Below, in pieces: positions 1 to 8,221 of a stretch of 28,522 nucleotides of DNA (within the stretch, counting starts at the first letter, position 1; each line of letters starts with the position of its first letter). The DNA is from a virus. Taxonomy: Duplodnaviria; Heunggongvirae; Uroviricota; Caudoviricetes. The position numbers were made by a program, and so were the translations under genes. The DNA lies in the IMG/VR virus record IMGVR_UViG_2529292923_000024; one strand, 5' to 3'. Below the pieces are notes generated by a model. It saw only the letters and a list, made by a program, of their open reading frames with translations. It was not told where the DNA came from and did not search any database.

Positions 1-420
1 ATGACGGATTATCAGCCATACAGGAAAGGAACTGTGCTTGCCCCAACTGGACCATGCAATCATCTTCATGTGATTTGTAATGATCCTGTTTATTACCCCG
101 TTAACGATTGTTATTGTGTTTTAGTTGTTAATATTTCTAGTATCAAGGATGGTGTCCCCCACGATCCGTCTTGCGTCTTGAATTCTGGTGATCATCGCTT
201 TATCAAGCATCCAAGTTATGTTGTTTACGCTGAAGCTATAATTTGGCGAGTGGATAACATGGTTAGAAAGCAGCGATCGGGTGAGATTTCTGTTCATGAT
301 GATATGCCAGAAGCTACATTCAATAGAATTCTGGACGGTTTTGATATCTCTGATGAAGTTACGCCAAAGAACCTTAAATTTAAAAATAAATATTGCGTAT
401 CATCTATTGATGATGAGTAA
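1..420 (+). CDS. hypothetical protein (139 aa), AT-rich accessory gene; may be 5'-truncated by the window edge
   Basis: ORF starts at window position 1 and ends TAA 418-420; AT-rich by eye compared with the flanking phage genes; no family recognised. Confidence 0.4.
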   Translation: MTDYQPYRKGTVLAPTGPCNHLHVICNDPVYYPVNDCYCVLVVNISSIKDGVPHDPSCVLNSGDHRFIKHPSYVVYAEAIIWRVDNMVRKQRSGEISVHDDMPEATFNRILDGFDISDEVTPKNLKFKNKYCVSSIDDE

Positions 421-459
421 ACAACAGGAATTGTTTCGGTATAACTTCTGGAGTTTTCT

Positions 460-633
460 ATGGAAGATCAAAAAGCAACCAAGCCACAGGTTAAGTTCGA
501 CACAATGAAAGCATTCGTAGGTATGGGTGCTGCTGTTGAAGTTCTGATGAAGGCTGCTCCTAATGCGTTCACTCACGCTACTGTCTCTGGTAAAGAGCAG
601 CAGGGTAAGCTTCGTCGTCTCAAAGCAGCATGA
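460..633 (+). CDS. hypothetical small protein (57 aa)
   Basis: ATG 460 preceded by GGAG about 10 nt upstream; 58 codons ending TGA 631-633; lies 40 nt after the 1-420 ORF and is followed directly by a strong terminator. Too short for the ORF track; translated by hand. Confidence 0.4.
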   Translation: MEDQKATKPQVKFDTMKAFVGMGAAVEVLMKAAPNAFTHATVSGKEQQGKLRRLKAA

Positions 634-652
634 TCATAGCTGGTGCTTTTTG

Positions 653-680
653 AAAACCCGCCTTCAGGCGGGTTTTTTCT
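653..680. terminator. bidirectional rho-independent terminator between convergent transcription units
   Basis: Stem CCCGCC (657-662), loop TTCA, stem GGCGGG (667-672), with an A-run upstream and T-run 673-678 downstream, so it is functional in both orientations. Confidence 0.75.
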
Positions 681-989
681 TTAGTGATTTTCTTTGCCCT
701 TCTGTTTGACTGTTCTGACCTGTTCCCACTCGATACGTCCTTCTTCTCGCCTTTTGTCTATGTATTCCGCAAGATCCTGAATATTGATGCAACGTTTTGC
801 TTTTTGTGATGTGCCGATGCGATATGTTGGAACGGGCAACTTACAAGCGTTTGCTTTTGCTTCTGCCGTGGCTGGACTCATACCAAAGTACTTTTGGCTA
901 ACTGCTGAGAGTTCAATGTTTGGGGTATTGAATTCAGCCATCAGTAAAAACAAGGTGTTCATAATTTTCTCCATCAAAACCGGCTGCAC
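681..989 (-). CDS. PrtN-family DNA-binding protein (excisionase-like)
   Basis: 102-aa ORF; the segment KLPVPTYRIGTSQKAKRCINIQDLAEYIDKRR resembles the PrtN/excisionase-like family as recalled; last gene of the leftward early operon. Confidence 0.5.
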   Translation of the reverse strand: MQPVLMEKIMNTLFLLMAEFNTPNIELSAVSQKYFGMSPATAEAKANACKLPVPTYRIGTSQKAKRCINIQDLAEYIDKRREEGRIEWEQVRTVKQKGKENH

Positions 990-998
990 CCGGGAAAA

Positions 999-1574
999 TC
1001 ATAATTCTGTGCTGGTGGCAGGAATTAATTTCTGCCAGATAGCGGAAACATATTTTGCCTGATGACGGGCATCAGCCAGGGCGTTGTGCCGTTCGCCATC
1101 GAAAGGCATGTCCATTTTGGGGTCGAATCCGATGGAACGCCCAAGCGTAACGATCGTGCGTACATCGTGGTCATTCCAGTACGCCCACGGGCAGATTTGT
1201 CCTGCTCGCTCGTAAGCTCCACGTAAAATTACGTTGTCGAAGGTGGCCCCGTTACCCCAGACTTTTAAATATTTCGTATTGTCTGCGTGCCGGTTAATGA
1301 AATGGTTTAGTTCTGAGAGAGCATCGCTGATCGACAAAGTATCATCAATACAGATTGCAGCTCGCGCTTCAGGGCTTTGTTTCAACCACCACAGGATGGT
1401 ATCGCCGTCAGGTGTAGCTCCTTGCTTCATAGCACTGTCTAGGCTGACAACCGCATAGAATTCTTGTCCGATGTCTCCGGTTTCTGGAGTGAAGAACACC
1501 GCGCCAATGGAAACGATCGGTGCATCCTTATTTTTCCCCATCGTCTCAAGGTCGATCATTAAGTTGTTCATCAC
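999..1574 (-). CDS. DnaQ-like (DEDDh) 3'-5' exonuclease
   Basis: 191 aa; N-terminal LMIDLETMG (Exo I D-x-E motif) and C-terminal H..ALADAR motif typical of prophage exonucleases. Confidence 0.7.
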   Translation of the reverse strand: MMNNLMIDLETMGKNKDAPIVSIGAVFFTPETGDIGQEFYAVVSLDSAMKQGATPDGDTILWWLKQSPEARAAICIDDTLSISDALSELNHFINRHADNTKYLKVWGNGATFDNVILRGAYERAGQICPWAYWNDHDVRTIVTLGRSIGFDPKMDMPFDGERHNALADARHQAKYVSAIWQKLIPATSTEL

Positions 1575-2215
1575 TTCACCTCCTGCGGCGGTTCCGGTAG
1601 CGGCATCCAGTGAGTTGCTTGCTCAATACCATTACCCGGCTTAATCGTTGCATCTCCGCGCCGAAAGGTGCTTCCGGTATAGCGTGCGGAGCATATTAGC
1701 GGTTCAACCAGAGAGCTATCGAAATTCACCGAAATAAGCACGTTCTGGCCCTTTTCAGGCATTCGATCACTACAGCTTATCCAACCATCCGGAGTTACCG
1801 GAGAGTTGCCGGGTTCTTTAATGTGCAAGCGAGGCTCACCATCTTTTGGTTCAGGCCACTGGCGCTTCATGTTGATCTTCAATTTATCTTCCATAGCAGC
1901 GGTAATTTCAGCATCGCTGATGCCAGCACGGCGCTGTGCATCCCACAACAGAAACTGCATATCAGCCCACTCGCCAAGATCGTCTGGTTCGGCTGCGGCT
2001 TCCAGTGCCTCTTTTGAGAGATGTTTCAGCGGACCAATGGGGCCAACGCAGCCAAATGTGGAGTCAGACCATTTGGCATGCTCGTGGCGAATCTGTTCGC
2101 GTTCCAGTGATGCCAGTGCAATTCGTGCCAGTTCCATTTGTTCGCCACGAGTAAGTCCGTTATCAAGCGGATTTTTAATGAATAATTTGATACGTTCTTT
2201 GGTTATAGCGCTCAT
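1571..2215 (-). CDS. DUF551-domain phage protein
   Basis: 214 aa; C-terminal THWMPLPEPP motif typical of DUF551; its stop overlaps the exonuclease start by 4 nt (translational coupling). Confidence 0.6.
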   Translation of the reverse strand: MSAITKERIKLFIKNPLDNGLTRGEQMELARIALASLEREQIRHEHAKWSDSTFGCVGPIGPLKHLSKEALEAAAEPDDLGEWADMQFLLWDAQRRAGISDAEITAAMEDKLKINMKRQWPEPKDGEPRLHIKEPGNSPVTPDGWISCSDRMPEKGQNVLISVNFDSSLVEPLICSARYTGSTFRRGDATIKPGNGIEQATHWMPLPEPPQEVK

Positions 2216-2216
2216 A

Positions 2217-2897
2217 TCACTCTCCTTTGATGCGAATGCCAGCGGCGCGGATTGCAGCGATGACTTCAGAAACTTTGTATGCCATTACCGTTTGGTAATC
2301 ATCGTGATAATCTGTTCGATGAAGCATGCTGCTACGTTCCGGGAGCGATATTTCCCGAGCATCCAGTTCCTTAACGCGTTCCTCCAGTTCGTAGACCCTG
2401 CATTGTTCTCTATCATCAATCAGATATAACCCAAGACATTCGCTTTCTACCCAACCGCCAAAATCATGATCGTAACGCTCACATGAAAACTCACCGTCAC
2501 CGTCCTTTGTTGGAATGGTGTAACTATCTAATGGGCCACCATATGTCGGCACATTCCCCAATGTTGGATGCTCAATCCACATGAAAAATGCACGTCCGGT
2601 TATTGGGCAAATATCTGGCCGCCATTGGTTACGAACAGCCTTGGTTTCGGATAATTCTTCAGCGTGTTGTTTTACTTCCTCAAGCTCAACTCTCAGCTTC
2701 CCAACCGTAAGAGCAATATCCTCGTTCTCCTGGTCGCGGCGTTTGATGTATTGCTGGTTTCTTTCCCGTTCATCCAGCAGTTCCAGCACAATCGATGGTG
2801 TTACCAGCTCATGGAAAAGGTCCGCGTCAAATCCCCAGTCGTCATGCATTTCCTGCTCTGCCGCCTCACGCAGTGCCTGGTAATTAATTTCGCTCAC
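2217..2897 (-). CDS. ead/Ea22-like family protein
   Basis: 226 aa; N-terminus MSEINYQALREAAEQ resembles Ea22-like proteins of lambdoid phages; acidic coiled-coil region. Confidence 0.55.
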   Translation of the reverse strand: MSEINYQALREAAEQEMHDDWGFDADLFHELVTPSIVLELLDERERNQQYIKRRDQENEDIALTVGKLRVELEEVKQHAEELSETKAVRNQWRPDICPITGRAFFMWIEHPTLGNVPTYGGPLDSYTIPTKDGDGEFSCERYDHDFGGWVESECLGLYLIDDREQCRVYELEERVKELDAREISLPERSSMLHRTDYHDDYQTVMAYKVSEVIAAIRAAGIRIKGE

Positions 2898-3532
2898 TGG
2901 TTGCCTCCTTTGCGAAGCTCAGCGGCGAAGGCTACTGCGTGATCATGATGTTCAAGCGTGTATGCACACTCCGCAAACATCTCCACGCCCTGCGCCCGGA
3001 CTTCAGCCAGGAAAGCATCGGTGGCTGGCGTTTCCCGTGAACGGTAAGACCAAACAATGTCGTCTGTTTCACTGGGTTCTTCATGAGAGCAATTTGGGCA
3101 GACAGCAGTACAACCAGCATGATCTTCTATGAGCATCTTCAGCCACGAGTTCTCCTCCGCCAGCGTCACGCGACTGGCCTCCAGTTCTGCTACGCGCTGT
3201 TTTGCAGCATCCAGTTCAATCGACAATTTTTCCAACTGCTCTTTATGCTTTTTATATTCCTGATATGCGTGCCAAGACTGACCTTTGCGCACACTATCAG
3301 TGATATCAGCAACCTGCTCTGGTGTTAGCGTGGTCAGTGGCTGTGCTGGGAAAATAAGCACTTTCCCGGAATCCCAATCAAAACCAGCATGAATTGACTG
3401 AACCTCAACTGAAGGTGTTGAACCAATGCTGCCAGGCGAATGAACAACGATCGTTACATCCATATCGCGACGATGGCTGTGGTTGTTGGACAAAATACGA
3501 TTCACCAACTCAGAAAATTTGGAGAATTTCAT
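2894..3532 (-). CDS. hypothetical early protein with coiled-coil, possibly Ea22-like
   Basis: 212 aa; overlaps the upstream gene by 4 nt; central heptad-like region (EQLEKLSIELDAAKQRVAELEASRVTLAEEN); CPNC motif. Confidence 0.4.
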   Translation of the reverse strand: MKFSKFSELVNRILSNNHSHRRDMDVTIVVHSPGSIGSTPSVEVQSIHAGFDWDSGKVLIFPAQPLTTLTPEQVADITDSVRKGQSWHAYQEYKKHKEQLEKLSIELDAAKQRVAELEASRVTLAEENSWLKMLIEDHAGCTAVCPNCSHEEPSETDDIVWSYRSRETPATDAFLAEVRAQGVEMFAECAYTLEHHDHAVAFAAELRKGGNQ

Positions 3533-3540
3533 GCGGAGCC

Positions 3541-3951
3541 TCAGTATGTAAAATAGACAGTTGCCACGCCGTTATAGTGATCAAACGATACGGCATTTAC
3601 TTCGTAGCTGGCAGGGAGCTTCGATCCGAGAACGTATCCGGGCCACGTTTTCCATGGAATTTCTCTGCGCTCACTATCGCCATATACCGTACATCCCAGA
3701 GAGCCTACAGCTTCATTAGAACGCGTGCCGCACGTTATGAATCCCAGATTTTGCTTACTGCTCTTAATGGTGATTGGGTGAACGCTGGCTGATGCATTAG
3801 CAGCACGCTGTGCCTGTTGGTTTGCGATATTCGCAGAGTTCGCAGCAGCTACAGCAGCCGTAGTCGCGGCGGTAGAGGCTACAATAGCTGCTGAAGCATG
3901 CACTTGTTGGATATTCACCAACAATGCCGCGACAAAAATCATCTTCTTCAC
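3541..3951 (-). CDS. secreted or periplasmic hypothetical protein
   Basis: 136 aa; N-terminal signal peptide (MKKMIFVAALLVNIQQVHA), Ala/Thr/Asn/Gln-rich linker, C-terminal domain with two Cys. Confidence 0.5.
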   Translation of the reverse strand: MKKMIFVAALLVNIQQVHASAAIVASTAATTAAVAAANSANIANQQAQRAANASASVHPITIKSSKQNLGFITCGTRSNEAVGSLGCTVYGDSERREIPWKTWPGYVLGSKLPASYEVNAVSFDHYNGVATVYFTY

Positions 3952-4298
3952 TTGTCAGCTCCTTTGCGAATCTGTTCCGCCCATTCTTCAAGGGATTTCT
4001 CCGCATATTCACCGGACAGGCCATCAATCGGGTACGGTTCATTAGCCAACTCTTCTTTCGCTGACAGAATCATGCGTGTAACGTCGAAAACTTCACGCAA
4101 AGACTTATTGATAAATCCGTGATTGAAAGCAGCAGCAAGACGGCTTGCGGTATAGTTAATACCCTCGTTGCGAGCCTCAGCACGTACTTCATCGAATTTA
4201 CGCACCAGATACTCAGCATTTGTTTCATTCACTTTCAGATCTCGCGGTACACATTTCCCGCGAAGAAACCCTTCCATTTCGAAAACATTCATGCGCAT
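3948..4298 (-). CDS. hypothetical protein (116 aa), in the position of yfdS in CPS-53
   Basis: ORF coupled by 4-nt overlap to the downstream gene; positional analogy to the yfdPQRS cluster only. Confidence 0.4.
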   Translation of the reverse strand: MRMNVFEMEGFLRGKCVPRDLKVNETNAEYLVRKFDEVRAEARNEGINYTASRLAAAFNHGFINKSLREVFDVTRMILSAKEELANEPYPIDGLSGEYAEKSLEEWAEQIRKGADK

Positions 4299-4825
4299 TT
4301 GCGTAACTCCGATAACTCGTTAAAACGTTCCATAAACATCCCATAGGCATGGCCTGGCGACAGTGGAATAACTTTGAACATCTCTGTTGCCGGGATACCT
4401 TCCAGTACAGGCCAGAAAGAGCCATCATCAAGCCCGAGATCGCGGCGTTCGGTTGCCAGCATAATGAGATCGGCATATTTCACTGGCGTGCTCATAACAG
4501 GAGGTAACCCGTATTTCTCACGGATTACGGCGTCTATTTTTTCTTCCATCTGTTTATAGTCAGGAAGAAGGCGTTTCAGTGGCGCGGGGATGTCCTGACA
4601 ATACGCTTCTGTTGCATCATGCATTAACGCTTCAAAAGCAAACTCCTCCGGAACCAGTTTGCTGCAAAGCACCGCATGTTGGGCGACGCTGTAGAAGTGT
4701 GAAAGATGCCCTGCAAAGCGACAGATATTTGAGAGGGAAACTGCGATATCGTTAATCACGATGTCGTCTTTATTTATCCTGTCATAATAAAAATGCTTCC
4801 CGGAAAAAGTTTTAATAAATGACAT
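4289..4825 (-). CDS. yfdR: HD-domain phosphohydrolase (YfdR-like 5'-deoxynucleotidase)
   Basis: HD-type metal-binding motifs (H..H, HDATEAY); start chosen at MSFIKTF (178 aa) rather than the upstream in-frame Met of the track ORF. Confidence 0.75.
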   Translation of the reverse strand: MSFIKTFSGKHFYYDRINKDDIVINDIAVSLSNICRFAGHLSHFYSVAQHAVLCSKLVPEEFAFEALMHDATEAYCQDIPAPLKRLLPDYKQMEEKIDAVIREKYGLPPVMSTPVKYADLIMLATERRDLGLDDGSFWPVLEGIPATEMFKVIPLSPGHAYGMFMERFNELSELRKCA

Positions 4826-4952
4826 TTTGTTCTCCACGTATATGCGCTGCACCGCGCTGAATTCTGGTAAAAGGAAGCCCTCACCATCCGGTGATTATTG
4901 AGTTAATTACGTTTCCATAAATGCCCCCGCAGGGGCATTTGCAGTAATGAAA

Positions 4953-5777
4953 TCAGGCGGTGAAAGTACCAATAAAGGTTTCGACTTTGCTGTCTTTGAA
5001 TTTCTCAACAAGCAGATCACGAAATTCGTTAGCCATTTCTTCCTGCACTGCTTCCAGCTGAATAATGCGCAGAACCAGTACAGGGCGATCACCAGTGATA
5101 ATGCTGAGTCGTAATTTAAATGGACGTTCTTTCAGGCCTTCAAACGGAACGCATTTAAATTCAAATGCCACTGGCATAATGTCTTTGGTCTTCGCTTCGA
5201 CAGACTCCATCAGGGAGCGTTTGCCGCTGAAGTCATTGTCTTCAAAATCAGCAGTCTGGTTCGCTTCAATTGTGATTTTACGGACTGCCGCAGCCGCTTT
5301 TGTTGCCTGAATGGCGTCACCATTAGCATCAAAGCCCACAAGGTAGTCGGCCCAGTCTTCAATCCATTCTGCCAGTGACTTCTGGGAGTTACGCTCGCCG
5401 TTAACAGACAACAGAGCAGAGAACGGTGCTGTCTTTTTCAGTTTGAGGGTGGCGGTGTTATCTGCGTGACCTGGTTCATCAATAGTACCCAGGTTAAGCA
5501 CACTGACGGCTCGCATATTATCGGCATCGATAAAGCAGCGGGTGCCTTCATCTGCAAGATCTTTAGAATAACGGGTAAAGTCATCGATGCTGGCAGTGGA
5601 AAGCGCACCACGGAAACGGAAGCGATTTAAATTAAATTTTTCCAGATCATGAATGCGGAAATTCTCAGGCAATGCCACAGCATCGGCACCAATCTTACTG
5701 ATAATTTCATTAACACCCTGAGCAGAAATAAGGGCATGGATTTGATTAATTGCGGTTGCGTCTAAGTTCTGAGACAT
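4953..5777 (-). CDS. yfdQ: YfdQ-like (DUF2303) prophage protein
   Basis: 274 aa; sequence ([16 protein letters not shown]...) matches the CPS-53 YfdQ family as recalled; adjacent to the yfdR and yfdP homologues. Confidence 0.7.
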   Translation of the reverse strand: MSQNLDATAINQIHALISAQGVNEIISKIGADAVALPENFRIHDLEKFNLNRFRFRGALSTASIDDFTRYSKDLADEGTRCFIDADNMRAVSVLNLGTIDEPGHADNTATLKLKKTAPFSALLSVNGERNSQKSLAEWIEDWADYLVGFDANGDAIQATKAAAAVRKITIEANQTADFEDNDFSGKRSLMESVEAKTKDIMPVAFEFKCVPFEGLKERPFKLRLSIITGDRPVLVLRIIQLEAVQEEMANEFRDLLVEKFKDSKVETFIGTFTA

Positions 5778-5842
5778 AATAAGTCCTCACTATATAAAGA
5801 TATTCAGTGATGAGATAAATAATCAGTTAATTAAGAACGATA

Positions 5843-6205
5843 TTAATGACCTGCTGCGCGTAGTTTTCCGTCAGGTTCACCGGCAAGAGTCAGTAATTGT
5901 CCCTGGTCTTCCTGCAGAATAGTCAGGCGACCACCGCGATTGACATACATCGGTGTTTCGGTGGTGTCTTCTTCGGAAATTTTCCCGCGGTTAGTCGGGC
6001 GAACATATGAGAGTTTGTGTTTGATTTTCACACGGTTCTCATCAAATGGTTCGATTTCCAGGTTGAGCGAGACCTTACCTTTGGTTTTCGTGTTCATCAC
6101 ACCGGAAGCGACTTCACTGAGAGCTGCGCCGATTTTGGTTTCAAATACGCCGCCGTCCAGCTCCCCGATAAATGCCTGCACATCAGTACTGCGTTCGCTA
6201 GCCAT
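5843..6205 (-). CDS. yfdP: YfdP-like protein, first gene of the leftward pL operon
   Basis: 120 aa from MASERSTDVQAF with an AGGAG RBS; the longer 182-aa track ORF is rejected because its N-terminal extension is Cys/Arg/His-rich and overlaps leader stem-loops. Confidence 0.6.
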   Translation of the reverse strand: MASERSTDVQAFIGELDGGVFETKIGAALSEVASGVMNTKTKGKVSLNLEIEPFDENRVKIKHKLSYVRPTNRGKISEEDTTETPMYVNRGGRLTILQEDQGQLLTLAGEPDGKLRAAGH

Positions 6206-6253
6206 TTTGCTGCTCCTCATCATATCGACCCTGCAAGGTCGGTTAGTTTCTCC

Positions 6254-6388
6254 ACAAAACAGAGAAGAACACCTGCGGTGGCAGCCGCCCGGATGGATTG
6301 GGTTATGAGCCCGTCGTCCGGTGATGTTCTTCTCTGTTTTGTAAAAAGAGCGGTACCAGCCGGAAGCAAGTGTACAAACTGGTACCGC
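6254..6388 (-). repeat. two perfect inverted repeats (stem-loops) in the pL leader
   Basis: 18-bp arms ACAAAACAGAGAAGAACA (6254-6271) and TGTTCTTCTCTGTTTTGT (6325-6342) with a 53-nt spacer; 10-bp arms GCGGTACCAG (6350-6359) and CTGGTACCGC (6379-6388) with a 19-nt spacer. Neither is followed by a U-tract. Confidence 0.7.
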
Positions 6389-6547
6389 CAAAGCAGTGGC
6401 TGTTGTGGTGACCGGTGCTGATCTCCGGCTTGCGGTTATTTCAGACTCTCACGGGCGTTTAATTGCCCCGCCGAACAGCTCTTTTCCGCAATAGCTGCAA
6501 TGTCTTTCGCGCATCAGCCTGCGCATTCACCACAACTCTAAAAACAA

Positions 6548-6600
6548 ATGTAGGATATCCAACATGCGAGTGTCAAGAGTTTATGTTGGTTATCCTACAT
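6548..6600 (-). promoter_or_regulatory. OL operators and pL promoter
   Basis: Two imperfect 18-bp palindromes, ATGTAGGATATCCAACAT (6548-6565) and ATGTTGGTTATCCTACAT (6583-6600), flank a minus-strand TTGACA -35 (6571-6576) with a -10 overlapping the first operator. Confidence 0.7.
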
Positions 6601-6617
6601 AAAAAGATAGGCTCATA

Positions 6618-6645
6618 AAAAAACCGGGGATACCCCGGTTTTGCG
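6618..6645 (-). terminator. rho-independent terminator downstream of cI
   Basis: CCGGGG-ATA-CCCCGG hairpin with flanking A/T runs, immediately 3' of the cI stop on the minus strand. Confidence 0.65.
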
Positions 6646-6662
6646 ATAGTGAGGAAGATGTG

Positions 6663-7316
6663 TCAAAAATCCATTATTACTTGTTTGACAAGACCAACTA
6701 TTCTGCAGTTCTCACCGCATTCAATAGTTTTATAGTTAGGATTTAGTGGGACGAGATACCTGTTCGGCCAGTCCTCAACAAATTTTTTGAGTGTCGCTTC
6801 TTGCCCACCATTGATATGGGCAACAACGATTTTTCCGTTAATACACTCTGTATCAATAATATCTGGCTCTACGATAACGATAGAACCTTCTGGTATCGAT
6901 GGTGAGCCGAGGGGATTGGTCATTGAATCACCACGGACCCGTAGTGCAAATGCCATTTCTGATACAAGGGCGGTAGTATAAACCCACTCTTCAGCATCTT
7001 CTTTCCTGACACCAGGCTCCGTCATTGTCCATGAACCCGCCTGAACCCACGAGATTAGGGGGACTTTTTTAACTGCGAATATTTCAGGTTTTAGATTTAT
7101 CTTTGGTTCAGGCGAGCCTTTTCCGCTAACAAGCCACAGAGGATCGCATTTAAGTGCGTTGGCTAGGGCTTGAAGGTTGGCTCCATTTGGTTGGTAGTCG
7201 TCCTTTTCCCATCCAGTAACCGTGACACGGTTCACACCAGTCAAATCAGCCAGTGCTTGTTGTGTCAGGTTCAGTTCTTTTCGCCTTTGGCGAATACGAT
7301 CACTCATGTTCATCAT
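6663..7316 (-). CDS. cI: CI-like prophage repressor (HTH domain plus LexA-type S24 peptidase domain)
   Basis: 217 aa; N-terminal XRE HTH (LNLTQQALADLTGVNRVTV), C-terminal S24 peptidase signature (VRGDSM ... K); divergent from cro with operators on both sides. Confidence 0.85.
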   Translation of the reverse strand: MMNMSDRIRQRRKELNLTQQALADLTGVNRVTVTGWEKDDYQPNGANLQALANALKCDPLWLVSGKGSPEPKINLKPEIFAVKKVPLISWVQAGSWTMTEPGVRKEDAEEWVYTTALVSEMAFALRVRGDSMTNPLGSPSIPEGSIVIVEPDIIDTECINGKIVVAHINGGQEATLKKFVEDWPNRYLVPLNPNYKTIECGENCRIVGLVKQVIMDF

Positions 7317-7324
7317 GTAGGCAA

Positions 7325-7380
7325 TCCTACCACATGCCCATGTAGGATTCTTGACATTGGCATGTTGGATATCCTACATT
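7325..7380. promoter_or_regulatory. OR operators with divergent pR and pRM
   Basis: Operator-like palindromes ATGTAGGATTCTTGACAT (7340-7357) and ATGTTGGATATCCTACAT (7362-7379) plus CCTAC...GTAGG; TTGACA (7351-7356), 17 nt, CTACAT gives a rightward promoter for cro. Confidence 0.7.
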
Positions 7381-7411
7381 TCTGCTTAACGTAATTTAAC
7401 GGGAGACAGAA

Positions 7412-7609
7412 ATGCGGAAATCCGACGTGATTAATTATTTCGGCGGAGTTTGTAAAACCGCCGAAGCCCTAGGTATTAAGCATCCGTCTGTTTCAGAGTG
7501 GCCTGAGATTATTCCTGAAGGCCGAGCGTACCAGTTAGAAAAAATTACTAACGGGAAACTGAAAGTTGACGTGTCTTTATATCAAAAGACTAACAGTGCT
7601 GCGGCATAA
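7412..7609 (+). CDS. cro: Cro-like repressor
   Basis: 65 aa; first rightward gene after OR; Cro/YdaS-like HTH (CKTAEALGIKHPSVSEW). Confidence 0.7.
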   Translation: MRKSDVINYFGGVCKTAEALGIKHPSVSEWPEIIPEGRAYQLEKITNGKLKVDVSLYQKTNSAAA

Positions 7610-7636
7610 AAACACCACAGAAATGAGGAATTAACC

Positions 7637-8221
7637 GTGGGTAAAGAACCTGAATGGAAAGTTGATAAACAACCAGCATGGCTGGTGGCAGCAATACGAA
7701 GAACGATTGCTGATTTACCTCATGGCTATGAGGAAGCAGCAGAAATTCTTGGTTTGTATAAATCTGATGATATCACCCCAGCAAAAGATCAATTGCATAA
7801 CAGACTGCGTAGCGGTGGGGATCAAATTTTTCCACTTGAGTGGGCCATGGTTTTACAGGATGCCAGTGGTACCAGGCATGTAACGGATGCGATAGCGCGT
7901 CGTAGTAATGGGGTGTTTGTGCCGCTGGTGGACATTGATGACATTGACAATGGTGACATTAATCAGCGGCTGATGGAGTCAATAGAATGGATTGGCAAGC
8001 ATTCCCAGTACTTACGCAAGGCAACTGCTGATGGAGTTATTGACCAGGCTGAGCGTGAGCAAATCGAAGAGAACAGCTACCAAGTAATGGCGAAGTGGCA
8101 GGAGCATTTAACACTGTTATTTCGTGTTTTTTGTGCACCGGAAAAGAGTAACGCCCGCGAGTGTGCAGCTCCGGGCGTCGTGGCGTCGATTGCTTCTGGT
8201 TGTGGAGAAACTAACGCATGA
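7637..8221 (+). CDS. CII-like phage regulatory protein (family assignment tentative)
   Basis: 194 aa; GTG start with a GAGGA RBS; in the position of cII immediately after cro; family recalled, not verified. Confidence 0.4.
   Translation: MGKEPEWKVDKQPAWLVAAIRRTIADLPHGYEEAAEILGLYKSDDITPAKDQLHNRLRSGGDQIFPLEWAMVLQDASGTRHVTDAIARRSNGVFVPLVDIDDIDNGDINQRLMESIEWIGKHSQYLRKATADGVIDQAEREQIEENSYQVMAKWQEHLTLLFRVFCAPEKSNARECAAPGVVASIASGCGETNA

Noticed and set aside
1806-2429. 207-aa plus-strand ORF, with other plus-strand ORFs between 1234 and 3328
   Set aside because: Antisense to the contiguous, coupled early-left genes (exonuclease, DUF551, Ea22-like); low-complexity Ser/Arg-rich translations.
4919-4940. 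9-bp perfect hairpin (AAATGCCCC, loop, GGGGCATTT) between yfdR and yfdQ
   Set aside because: No U-tract in either orientation, so not a terminator; probably an intercistronic RNA stability element. Recorded but not reported as a feature.
5843-6391. Long 182-aa version of the yfdP-like ORF
   Set aside because: The N-terminal 62 residues are Cys/Arg/His-rich, overlap the leader stem-loops and lack an RBS; the internal Met with an AGGAG RBS gives the expected 120-aa protein.
6449-6526. 25-codon arginine-rich minus-strand ORF (MRRLMRERHCSYCGKELFGGAIKRP) just downstream of pL, considered as an N-like peptide
   Set aside because: Too short for an N-type antiterminator, no convincing RBS, and it begins almost at the predicted transcription start.
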